A DNA stretch of 64,000 nt from Candidatus Tectimicrobiota bacterium (GTDB lineage: Bacteria > Tectomicrobia > Entotheonellia > Entotheonellales > Entotheonellaceae). The stretch's first letter is position 1; the number at the start of each line of letters is the position of its first letter. The notes beneath the pieces are model-generated. The model was not told the DNA's origin and made no database searches. It saw nothing but the letters and a program-made list of their open reading frames with translations. Positions 49,501-57,035 of this stretch are shown in pieces. Made by a program: the position numbers and the translations under genes. The DNA is taken from the NCBI GenBank assembly GCA_047517385.1, contig JAKZSW010000003.1, positions 361 to 64,360 on the forward strand, read 5' to 3'.

Positions 49501-49750
49501 TCGAGGCCGTGCTGATCATCTTCTCCAGCCCGGGGAGACTTTTCAGGTACTGTTCCTGATCGATCAGGATGTCCTGCTCGATATCCTCCGGGGTCGCACC
49601 GGGATAGTAGGTCACAACGCTGAGAACCGGTGCCGAAACGTCGGGGGTGAGCTGGATCGGCAGACTGAACAGGGCCAGCACGCCGAACAGCAGCAACGCC
49701 ATGCTTAACACGGAGACGGCAACACCATTCCGAATGAAATATCGAATCAT
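46526..49750 (-). CDS. RND-family efflux transporter permease (AcrB/HAE-like)
   Basis: 1074 aa with 12-TM RND architecture. MIRYFIRNGVAVSVLSMALLLFG.. N-terminus, and large periplasmic loops. Confidence 0.93.
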   Translation of the reverse strand: MIRYFIRNGVAVSVLSMALLLFGVLALFSLPIQLTPDVSAPVLSVVTYYPGATPEDIEQDILIDQEQYLKSLPGLEKMISTASMGQAEVELEFGLETNQQENIVRINNALAQVPGYPENVDEPTIQTSRASEQPVAWISVRTRPDHPEPLDVQEMFDYVEDHVKPHFERLTGIASVRGVYGGTERQMQVMIDPTKLADRGIAISKVREAIRSRNRDVSGGDLDEGKRRFNVRTVGRYESAGDIENTIIDIQDGTPVYLRDVGYARLGHAEKRTLIRQNAEPALAFGPQRKRGTNLLVVMEQVQGAIRELNDGPLSEKGIYLTQVTDSTSYVRDAVDMVRFNLLFGGMLALGILLIFLRHARSTLIVGLAIPLCVIGAFFVISVSGRSINVISLAGLAFSIGAVLDASIVVLENIYRHRSMGKSSFDAAYDGTSEVWTAILSSTLTNVVVFTPIITLADEAGQIFRDLAIAIVAANILALIVSILIIPPLAARLLTSVPTMDRQGFMGQLQRLFGLAPLAARIHDGPLRSALTWLMGGVIRRIFVTATVLAVAVACIVVFMPKTEYLPEGNRQTIIGVLIPPQGYGMPEITAIGKELEKRVKPMLDASIADFEEGRVEVPPLKYFFFAAFRNRMFLFTRPKSRDHLSAVPPALQRLMSDVPGTIAFALKMSIFSRDIMGSRAINVDVIGPDVKVLTNIAQASFFKVLETMPGARPEPKPGIEIGQPQVIIRPDWERAAQLGIDVQDIGYSTWVLGDGAYVDDYYQDGDKMDLYLYSTMGAYDTLGNFETMRIATRSGDTVPLSDVASINFTYGLERIRRVDNQRAVTLRITPPGSISLEEAIEVVQNNIIGAMQSEGLVPPGYTMQISGTSDKLAAIRAKLSTDFLLALMLTYLTMVLVFRHWGYPLTVMLSVPIGLTGGVLGLWVLNRYLDIVSPGTIQSLDVLTMLGFVILLGSVINNPILIVQQAVNFMRQGLDPHQAIVESALTRIRPIMMTTGTTIFGLMPLVLNPGAGSELYRGLGIVMFGGLILGTATTIVFIPAVMSLMFDFVGLLRRQSNLAAAAVTPLASEAGSD

Positions 49751-49791
49751 CGCTTAACGACTCCCCGGCGCTCAACCGCCGCATGCACCCT

Positions 49792-51165
49792 CTAATTGGT
49801 CAGAAACCGATCCAACACGAGAGGCTGACCCGGACGTATCCGCTCATTGCCGCGCACCACGACACGGTCGCCAGCCCGCAGATCGCCAAATACTTCCACC
49901 GCCTCGCCGAAATAGCGCCCCAGCTTTACCGGCAAAATCTCCGCAATCGGCTGCCCGTCCTTAATCTGCACGCGCACCAGAATGTGATTCGACCCGCGCG
50001 GCACCAAGGCGTCGCGGGGCACGATGACGCTGTTCTCACCCGAGTTTGGAGTCTCCAGCATCACACGGGCCAGCATGCCGGACGCCAAGTGCCCCTCGCT
50101 GTTATCCAGATTCACCAAAATGGGGAAGGCCCGGCTCCTGCCGCTGGCGCGCGGAATTTTCTTCGTCACCTTGCCGACAAAGGTCTGATTGGGAACGCTG
50201 TCGAAGGTGATCGACATGTCACTGCCGATGACAATCCGGCCGTAATACGTCTCCGGGATGTCCACCCGCACACGCACCTTGCTGGTGGTATCGAGACCGA
50301 AGACGCCGTCACCGATCGAAACCCACGACCCGACTTCCGTATGTTTGGCGGTGATCACGCCATCGAACGGGGCGCGAATCGTGGCGCGATCGAGCAGGTC
50401 CTTGGCCACGGCAGCCTGTGCCTCACTGGCAGCGGCGTGGGCCTCAGCAGCCCCTATCTCCTCTACGCGCGCGCCAGCCAAGGCACGTTCATGAGTCGCC
50501 TTCTCAACATCCAAGATGGCTTGGGCTTCCTCCCAGCGTTCATGCGCCTCGTCTAATTCTTCGTCGCTGATGATCTTCTTCTCCAGCAACGACTGGCTGC
50601 GGGCATAGTGCTTGTTCGCCTTTTCCGCCGTCACCTCGGCTTTGGCGAGATTCGCCTTGGCCATTGCGATGTCTTCCTGACGAGTTCCCTGGCGCAACTC
50701 CCGCAGGCGCTCCTGATCCGCCCGCGCCATTGCTTCGGCTTGCTCCAGAGCATAGCGGTACGGCAAGGCGCGAATCTGGGCCAATACCTGCCCTGCGGTC
50801 ACGGTGTCGCCCTCATCAACCAGCAGTTCGGCAAGATAGCCATCGACTTCACTGGAAAGCACCGTGCTGGCCAGCGGCTCGACCGTGCCCGTCACGCGCA
50901 CCGGCTTGCTGAACGCCCCACCCTCGGCCAAGGCCGTGGTCACCGGCGCCGGGGGCGGCCCCTGCGGCGCGTCCTGGGCACCCGCTGTGCCCCACATAGA
51001 AGCAGACAAGGCAAGCACACAAACCCACAAGACAGCCGCACCCGGCGGTCGACCGGTGCGGAAAAACCTGCGGGCCAAAGCGCCGCAACGGCGTCGGCCG
51101 CCTCCTTGTCCACTTATAGCAGGAGAAGTCATCATGGAAGGAGTACAACTGATCTTGTTCTTCAT
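49792..51165 (-). CDS. RND efflux periplasmic adaptor (membrane fusion protein, HlyD-like)
   Basis: 457 aa. Signal/anchor, alpha-hairpin coiled coil (..ERLRELRQGTRQEDIAMAKANLAKAEV..), then lipoyl and beta-barrel segments. Lies 41 bp upstream of the permease. The start may be further downstream. Confidence 0.85.
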   Translation of the reverse strand: MKNKISCTPSMMTSPAISGQGGGRRRCGALARRFFRTGRPPGAAVLWVCVLALSASMWGTAGAQDAPQGPPPAPVTTALAEGGAFSKPVRVTGTVEPLASTVLSSEVDGYLAELLVDEGDTVTAGQVLAQIRALPYRYALEQAEAMARADQERLRELRQGTRQEDIAMAKANLAKAEVTAEKANKHYARSQSLLEKKIISDEELDEAHERWEEAQAILDVEKATHERALAGARVEEIGAAEAHAAASEAQAAVAKDLLDRATIRAPFDGVITAKHTEVGSWVSIGDGVFGLDTTSKVRVRVDIPETYYGRIVIGSDMSITFDSVPNQTFVGKVTKKIPRASGRSRAFPILVNLDNSEGHLASGMLARVMLETPNSGENSVIVPRDALVPRGSNHILVRVQIKDGQPIAEILPVKLGRYFGEAVEVFGDLRAGDRVVVRGNERIRPGQPLVLDRFLTN

Positions 51166-51187
51166 GAGCTTTATCTTAACCTTATCT

Positions 51188-51231
51188 CCATAGCAGCCTT
51201 AAGCACACCATAGCAGCCTTAAGCACACCAT
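51188..51231. repeat. Exact 20-bp tandem duplication (ccatagcagccttaagcaca x2, plus ccat)
   Basis: Direct reading. Lies 23-66 nt upstream of the MFP start codon, in the divergent intergenic region. Confidence 0.9.
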
Positions 51232-51397
51232 TTGCTGTCGAAGCCACTGGCGACTCTCACACCCGTTCGTCTCAAAGGATGGCATACTATACTGATAGCC
51301 ATTCGACGGTGTCAAACCCCATGCCGCCCCCGGAGGCCTGCCTTGAATGGGTACCGAGCAGCAGTCGAAATCCTTTTTGTCAGGATTAAAAACTCTA

Positions 51398-51425
51398 TTG
51401 ACATTTAGAATGACTGGTTTAGAGT
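51398..51425 (+). promoter_or_regulatory. Candidate sigma70-type promoter of the amidohydrolase gene
   Basis: TTGACA (51398-51403), a 16-nt spacer, then TAGAGT (51420-51425). It would give a leader of about 130 nt. Confidence 0.4.
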
Positions 51426-51559
51426 GCGATTCACTGTGATGATCATTGAGACCGGCAACGAAGACGAGACGCTGCGGCGTCTTATGGCTGTTGCCGGGTG
51501 GTGTTCTGTGGAAACGGAAGAAGTTCTGTCCTTTGTGTACCTTAAAGAGGAGGCATCCC

Positions 51560-53065
51560 ATGGGTACTTACTTCAGTGACAGAGAATTCTCACTCGTGGA
51601 AGGCGCGGAAAATGCCTTCCACTCACCGATTCCAACCCAGGTCGTTTCGAATGGGGAATTCAATCCGCCACCGCAAAGCGCGCAGCAAAAGCAAGTCGAA
51701 GCGCGCATCAAGGAACTGGCCGATACATACGGCGCCAAGCAGGGCTTGGACCGTCGCGAGTTCCTCAAAACCAGTTCCGGCATGGCCGCCGCCTTCCTGG
51801 CCATGAACAGCGTGTACGGCAACATGTTCGATGTCTCAGTGGCCGAGGCCGACGACGACGCCATGGCCACCGAACGCGCTGAATCCCTCAAGAACCAGTT
51901 CATCTTCGACGTTCAGACCCACTTCGTACGCGACGACTACAATCAGGAAGGCTTCCTCGGCTTTCTGAAAGAAGGCGCCGACGTGTGGAAGAACGGCATG
52001 GACCCGAACAACATCAGCATGTACCTGATGAAGTTCGAGAACTATGTGCGCCAGATCTACCTCAACAGCGATACCAAGGTATCCGTCTTGAGCGGCGCAC
52101 CCTTCGACGATGACACCTGGGAGTTCCTCAACAACGAACAGATCGCCGAAGCCGCAAACATGGTCAACCAGACGGCGGCGGATACCCGCATGTTGGCCCA
52201 CGCAGTGATAACACCCGGGCAGCCAAGCTGGTTGGATGAGGTGGACCAGGCCCTGGCCGAGCGGCCACCCGCCAGTTGGAAGCTGTACACTATCGGCGAC
52301 CCGCTGACTCCCAAGACGAAATACCCCTTCTGGCTCGATGACGAGAAGCTGATGTATCCCTTCTACGAGAAGGCCGTGAAGTCGGGCATCAACAACATCT
52401 GCATCCACAAGGGACTCATGCCGAGGGATTACGCCCAGAGTTGGGCCGGCGTGTGGGAGTACCAGACGCCGCGCGACCTCGTGAAGGCTGCGAAAGACTG
52501 GCCGCAGCTCAACTTCATCATCTACCACGGCTGCTTCCGGGCCTTCTTCGACAAACCCGAAGACGCCCTCGCCGACTTCGAGAACACCGGCAGGATCGAG
52601 TGGTGCAGCGAGCTTGCCGAGATCCCGGCGCAAAACGGCGCCTCGAACGTTTATGCGGAGATGGGTACCACCTTCGCGTCTACCGCAATTGTCAACCCGC
52701 GCCTCACGGCGGCCATCCTGGGCACTTGGATCAAGGGCCTGGGCGCCTCCAACGTGGTGTGGGGAACGGACTCCGTATTTCACGGCTCACCGCAGTGGCA
52801 GATTGAAGCCCTGCGCCGCCTCGAAATACCGGAAGATATGCAAGAGAAGTACGGCTTTGCGCCGCTTGGCCCCGCCGATGGCGCGGTCAAGAACCAGATA
52901 CTGGGTCTCAACTCTGCGCGCTGCTACGGCCTCAACCTGCGAGCCGACTACAGCCGGTTCAGCGAGGACAAGTTCGCGCAGATCAAACGGGACTACCATC
53001 AGGCCGGCAAGCTCACCGCGCTGCGTGACAACAAGGCGTACGGTTATATTGCCAAACGTGCCTGA
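51560..53065 (+). CDS. Tat-exported amidohydrolase_2-family metal hydrolase, paralog 1
   Basis: ATG at 51560 with an AGAGGAGG SD, inside ORF 51446..53065, 501 aa. Twin-arginine motif DRREFLKTS at residues 64-72, h-region, and AEA cleavage-like site. TIM-barrel hydrolase motifs: FDVQTHF, CIHKG, IIYHGCF, VVWGTDS. Confidence 0.8.
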   Translation: MGTYFSDREFSLVEGAENAFHSPIPTQVVSNGEFNPPPQSAQQKQVEARIKELADTYGAKQGLDRREFLKTSSGMAAAFLAMNSVYGNMFDVSVAEADDDAMATERAESLKNQFIFDVQTHFVRDDYNQEGFLGFLKEGADVWKNGMDPNNISMYLMKFENYVRQIYLNSDTKVSVLSGAPFDDDTWEFLNNEQIAEAANMVNQTAADTRMLAHAVITPGQPSWLDEVDQALAERPPASWKLYTIGDPLTPKTKYPFWLDDEKLMYPFYEKAVKSGINNICIHKGLMPRDYAQSWAGVWEYQTPRDLVKAAKDWPQLNFIIYHGCFRAFFDKPEDALADFENTGRIEWCSELAEIPAQNGASNVYAEMGTTFASTAIVNPRLTAAILGTWIKGLGASNVVWGTDSVFHGSPQWQIEALRRLEIPEDMQEKYGFAPLGPADGAVKNQILGLNSARCYGLNLRADYSRFSEDKFAQIKRDYHQAGKLTALRDNKAYGYIAKRA

Positions 53066-53096
53066 TCGGATCTGAATTTTCGCTCTTGCCCCAAGC

Positions 53097-53125
53097 AGTG
53101 CATGCGGGCTTTCCCCCGCATGCAC
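53097..53125. other. Perfect 12-bp inverted repeat with a 5-nt loop, between the amidohydrolase paralogs
   Basis: agtgcatgcggg-ctttc-cccgcatgcact. There is no T-run after it, so it is not a classical intrinsic terminator. It may be an RNA-processing or stability hairpin, or a protein-binding site. Confidence 0.45.
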
Positions 53126-53150
53126 TCACCAAGCGGATACGCGTTATCGT

Positions 53151-53186
53151 CCGCACCTGTGTAGTACACCGCACCTGTGTAGTACA
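53151..53186. repeat. Exact 18-bp tandem duplication, each unit carrying the palindrome GTGTA-G-TACAC
   Basis: ccgcacctgtgtagtaca x2, ending 15 nt before the SD of paralog 2. Confidence 0.9.
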
Positions 53187-53211
53187 CCATTGTCAACATT
53201 GGAGGGAAGTA

Positions 53212-54717
53212 ATGGGTACCTATTTCAGTGATCGTGAATTTTCACTCGTCGAAGGCGCGGAAAACGCGTTCCACTCGCCGATTCCCACGCAGGTCATCTC
53301 CAACGGCGAATTCAATCCGCCACCGCAAAGCGCGCAGCAAAAGCAAGTTGAAGCGCGCATCAAGGAACTGGCCGACACGTACGGTGCCAAGCAAGGCCTG
53401 GACCGCCGCGAGTTCCTCAAAACCAGTTCTGGCATGGCCGCCGCTTTCCTGGCCATGAACAGCGTGTACGGCAACGTGTTCAACGTGTCCGAGGCCGAGG
53501 CTGCCGACGGCGCCATGGCCAACGAGCGCGCCGAGGCCCTCAGGCAGCAGTTCATCTTCGACGTGCAGACCCACTTCGTGCGCGACGACTACACGCAGGA
53601 AGGCTTCCTCGGCTTCTTGCAGCAGACGGCCACGGACTTCAAGACGGGGATGGACCCCAACAACATCGACATGTATCTGATCAAGTTCGAGAACTACGTG
53701 CGGCAGATTTACCTCAACAGCGATACCGACGTAACGGTGTTGAGCGGTGCGCCGTTTGATGACGATTCGTGGGAATTCCTCAGCAACGCGCAGATCTCCG
53801 AAGCCGCCAAGATGGTCAACCAGACGGCGGGACATACCCGCATGGTGGCCCATAACGTGGTGACCCCGGGGCAGCCCGGCTGGATGGAAGAAGTCGACCG
53901 CGCCTTGGCCGAGCGTCCGCCCGCAAGCTGGAAGCTCTACACCATCGGCGATCCCCTGTCTGCAAAGACGAAGTATCCCTTCTGGCTCGATGACGAGAAG
54001 TTGATGTACCCGTTCTACGAGAAGGCCGTAAAGTCGGGCATCAACAACATGTGTATTCACAAGGGCCTGATGCCGAGGGATTACGAGCAGAGCTGGGCTG
54101 GCGTGTGGGAATACCAGACGCCGCGCGACCTCGTCAAAGCCGCGGCAGACTGGCCGCAGCTCAACTTCATCATCTACCACGGCTGCTTCCGGGCTTGGTT
54201 CGACAAGCCCGAAGATGGCTTGGGCGATTTCGAGAAAACCGGCAGGATCGAATGGTGTTCGGATCTGGCCGACATCCCGGCCCAGAACGGCGCCTCGAAC
54301 ATCTACGCCGAAATGGGTACGACCTTCGCATCCACGTCCATCGTCAACCCGCGTCTCACGGCGGCGGTTTTGGGCACCTGGATCAAGGGTCTGGGCGCTT
54401 CCAACGTCATATGGGGCACCGACTCCGTGCTCTACGGCTCGCCGCAGTGGCAGATCGAGGCGATGCGCCGCATGGAAATCCCCGAGGACATGCAGGAGAA
54501 GTACGGTTTCGCGCCTCTGGGTGGTGCCGACAGCTCAGTCAAGCAACAGATCTTCGGCCTTAACTCCGCACGCTTGTACAATCTCGACCTGCAGGCTAGC
54601 TATGGCCGCCTGAGCGAGGACAAGTTTGCGCAAATCAAGCGGGATTACGACGCGGCCGGTAAGCTCACGGCCCTGCGTGACAACACCGCTTATGGGTATA
54701 TCGCCAAACGGGCGTAA
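53212..54717 (+). CDS. Tat-exported amidohydrolase_2-family metal hydrolase, paralog 2
   Basis: ATG at 53212 with a GGAGGG SD, inside ORF 53086..54717, 501 aa. Same architecture as paralog 1. Confidence 0.8.
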   Translation: MGTYFSDREFSLVEGAENAFHSPIPTQVISNGEFNPPPQSAQQKQVEARIKELADTYGAKQGLDRREFLKTSSGMAAAFLAMNSVYGNVFNVSEAEAADGAMANERAEALRQQFIFDVQTHFVRDDYTQEGFLGFLQQTATDFKTGMDPNNIDMYLIKFENYVRQIYLNSDTDVTVLSGAPFDDDSWEFLSNAQISEAAKMVNQTAGHTRMVAHNVVTPGQPGWMEEVDRALAERPPASWKLYTIGDPLSAKTKYPFWLDDEKLMYPFYEKAVKSGINNMCIHKGLMPRDYEQSWAGVWEYQTPRDLVKAAADWPQLNFIIYHGCFRAWFDKPEDGLGDFEKTGRIEWCSDLADIPAQNGASNIYAEMGTTFASTSIVNPRLTAAVLGTWIKGLGASNVIWGTDSVLYGSPQWQIEAMRRMEIPEDMQEKYGFAPLGGADSSVKQQIFGLNSARLYNLDLQASYGRLSEDKFAQIKRDYDAAGKLTALRDNTAYGYIAKRA

Positions 54718-54739
54718 GTTGACCTGCTAGGCAAAAAAG

Positions 54740-54777
54740 AGGCCGGGGAGCGTGTAAAAACGTTCCCCGGCCTTTTG
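54740..54777 (+). terminator. Rho-independent terminator after amidohydrolase paralog 2
   Basis: aggccggggagcg-tgtaaaaa-cgttccccggcct followed by TTTTG. Also preceded by an A-run, so potentially bidirectional. Confidence 0.75.
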
Positions 54778-54796
54778 ATTTGTCGGGACATAAAAA

Positions 54797-54829
54797 AGGG
54801 GACGACCCAAAGCGGGCGTCCCCTTTTCT
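54797..54829 (-). terminator. Rho-independent terminator of the convergent cyclase gene
   Basis: ggggacg(a)ccc-aaagc-gggcgtcccc. On the minus strand it is followed by T6 (the plus-strand A-run at 54792-54797). Confidence 0.7.
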
Positions 54830-54852
54830 GCTACGCGGCTGTGTGTGGATAA

Positions 54853-55833
54853 TTACCGAATAGCCAGTGGACGGGCCGGCGAACCGGTGCCGCCCTTAAA
54901 CCGGATGGGCGTGAAAATGTAGAGGAACTCATACACGCCGTCTGCAATCACGCTATCGAAGACCATATTTTCCAGGTTGAAAATACCGTTCTTCGTGATC
55001 AACTCCTGGTGTACCGGTACGACCAGGCCTGTCGGGCTCGGCCACACCTCGGTTGGCCAGGAGTCGGAGCCGACCATCGCGGCATTCTGCGCGACGACCC
55101 ATTCGGCCACTTCCATGCCGATACCCGGAGGGTTGGTGTTGTAGGTGTCGGGATCACCCCAAAGCTTCGACCAGCCATAGTTAAAGAACAACGCGTCACC
55201 GTCGTTGATGCTCGACTCGGAGATGCCCTGCTTGGCGAGCGCGCCGCGCACGTCGTCCATGGTGACTTCGTAGCTGTGATCGAGGGTATCCACGCCCTTG
55301 TATCCGGCAACGTCAACCAGAACGCCGCGGGTGATGTACGGCTTGACGTTCTCGACGCCCAAACTCTCGACGCCGTAAAAACCCTTCATATCGTCCTGCT
55401 CGGTATAGCCGTTGTAATAGACGTCCCTGCTGGTGCCGTCGGCCATGGCCATGCGCATGCCGATGTGGGCCGGGCCGTCGAACTGTGTGCCCACCTGGCC
55501 GATCTCGGCGCACAGAAAATCGTCGTGACCCATCAGCATGTTGTCGCCAAACGGGCCGGCCTGGTTGGCGAATATCGCATAAGTGCGCTGCCCGAACAGC
55601 GGCATGCCGCGCTCGTACACCTGACCGATTTCGTAGACCTTGCCAGTCGTTACCATCTTCAGCGAATCGACAATCTTTTCCGGCGTGATCCAGTTGGAGC
55701 CGCCAGCCTGATCACCAGCACCCCAGATCGGATGCGGCCACCACGGTCCCTCTTCCTTGCTCTGAGCCATCGCCGACGAGACGCAAAATACAAGCGCCAG
55801 CATGACAATCAATAATGCCTTGTACCTTTGCAT
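54853..55833 (-). CDS. Secreted cyclase-family (kynurenine formamidase-like, PF04199-type) protein, paralog A
   Basis: Start at the ATG at 55833 (MQRYKALLIV, AGGAGAGAG SD) inside ORF 54853..55863. Sec signal ..SSAMA/QS. GTQFDGPAHIG and ..GSDSW are cyclase-family metal-site motifs. Confidence 0.8.
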   Translation of the reverse strand: MQRYKALLIVMLALVFCVSSAMAQSKEEGPWWPHPIWGAGDQAGGSNWITPEKIVDSLKMVTTGKVYEIGQVYERGMPLFGQRTYAIFANQAGPFGDNMLMGHDDFLCAEIGQVGTQFDGPAHIGMRMAMADGTSRDVYYNGYTEQDDMKGFYGVESLGVENVKPYITRGVLVDVAGYKGVDTLDHSYEVTMDDVRGALAKQGISESSINDGDALFFNYGWSKLWGDPDTYNTNPPGIGMEVAEWVVAQNAAMVGSDSWPTEVWPSPTGLVVPVHQELITKNGIFNLENMVFDSVIADGVYEFLYIFTPIRFKGGTGSPARPLAIR

Positions 55834-56038
55834 ACCCTCTCTCCTATTAAGGAATGTCGCCAAACTCGTTTGCCGCCTTGCCTGTGGCGGCGAAGGCGTC
55901 TAAAGTGCCATGCTCTATTCTGCCTTGTCAAGGAACTTCCCAAATGCCTGCATACAAAGGACGAGACACACATACGCGTCCCCCGCGTTCCCCTAATCCC
56001 GAAGGTTATCCCAACCTCAGAACGGAAAGGACACCCTT

Positions 56039-56923
56039 ATGCAAAGCCGCATCAACCGTGCCGTTGCGCTGCTGGCGAGCGGCCAGCCCATCTACTACGA
56101 CGGCGACCATACAGGGCACATTCTGACCCATGAAAAGGGCCGTGAGGACGCTAACACGTGGGCCGATTACATCAACGTCGGGATGGAGCATGGGGCGTTC
56201 GACATGACCGGGCTGGGAATGTATATGCAGGGGCTGGTCGACGGCGGCCCGACGGCCAGCGGCCACCGCACCCCAACGGTGATCGTCGAAGTCCCGGTCG
56301 ATGGACTGAGCGAATCCGTCATTCGCAACAACGCCTGGCAATTCAGGCAGATTCTCGCCCGCGGCGTCCACGGCATCCTGCTCTGTCAGGCAGAATCGGC
56401 CGACGCCGTGCGCGCCTTTGTGGAGTCTTGCCGGTACCCGATCAATGCCGTCGGCGTCGGGCGCGGCCTGCGGATTGGCCGTCGCGGGCGCGGTTCGGAG
56501 CCCGAAGCAGCGGCCATCTGGGGCGTAAGCCAGGAAGCCTACATCGACCGCGCCGACCCGTGGCCCATCAACCCGCGTGGCGAACTGCTTCTGGGGGTGA
56601 AGATCGAGAGCCTCGAAGGGATATCCAACGTCGAGCAGATTCTCAGCGTGCCCGGCCTCGGGTTCGCCGAAATGGGTCCGGGCGACCTGGGTCTGGCGAT
56701 AGGCTACAAACAGGTGCCGCGCGAGCCGTTCCCGTCGGATATGCAGCGGGCGCGCGACCGTGTCTTTCGCTCCTGCCGAGCCAACGGGGTGGCCTTCCTG
56801 GAAAGCTGTACGCCGGAAACGGTGATCGAGAAAATCGACTCAGGCGTACGAGTCATCGCAGGCGGCCGGGAGGAAACGGCCAAGGAAGGTCGCACCCATA
56901 CCCGACGCGCCATGCCGGTGTAA
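56039..56923 (+). CDS. HpcH/HpaI aldolase / citrate-lyase-beta-like family protein
   Basis: 294 aa, no signal peptide. VGMEHGAFD, GVKIESLEGISNVEQIL, GFAEMGPGDLGLAIG. Confidence 0.8.
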   Translation: MQSRINRAVALLASGQPIYYDGDHTGHILTHEKGREDANTWADYINVGMEHGAFDMTGLGMYMQGLVDGGPTASGHRTPTVIVEVPVDGLSESVIRNNAWQFRQILARGVHGILLCQAESADAVRAFVESCRYPINAVGVGRGLRIGRRGRGSEPEAAAIWGVSQEAYIDRADPWPINPRGELLLGVKIESLEGISNVEQILSVPGLGFAEMGPGDLGLAIGYKQVPREPFPSDMQRARDRVFRSCRANGVAFLESCTPETVIEKIDSGVRVIAGGREETAKEGRTHTRRAMPV

Positions 56924-57035
56924 TCCGCTTGACATCACAAGCCGATTATGAAATCAATACCCCGCTCTACCTGACAATTGGTAGCGACACATCGTTACCT
57001 CACGGAAAACATATCTCTGGTTCAAAGGAGAGGAT

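Noticed and set aside
56928-56965. TTGACA at 56928 considered as the promoter for cyclase paralog B. Also a TTGTCA/TAGGAT pair at 61568-61597 upstream of ilvC, and TGGCAA/TATAGT at 27038-27066 upstream of vapB.
   Set aside because: The -10 elements or the spacing are weak (3-4 of 6 matches). They are too uncertain to list as features without transcript-start data.
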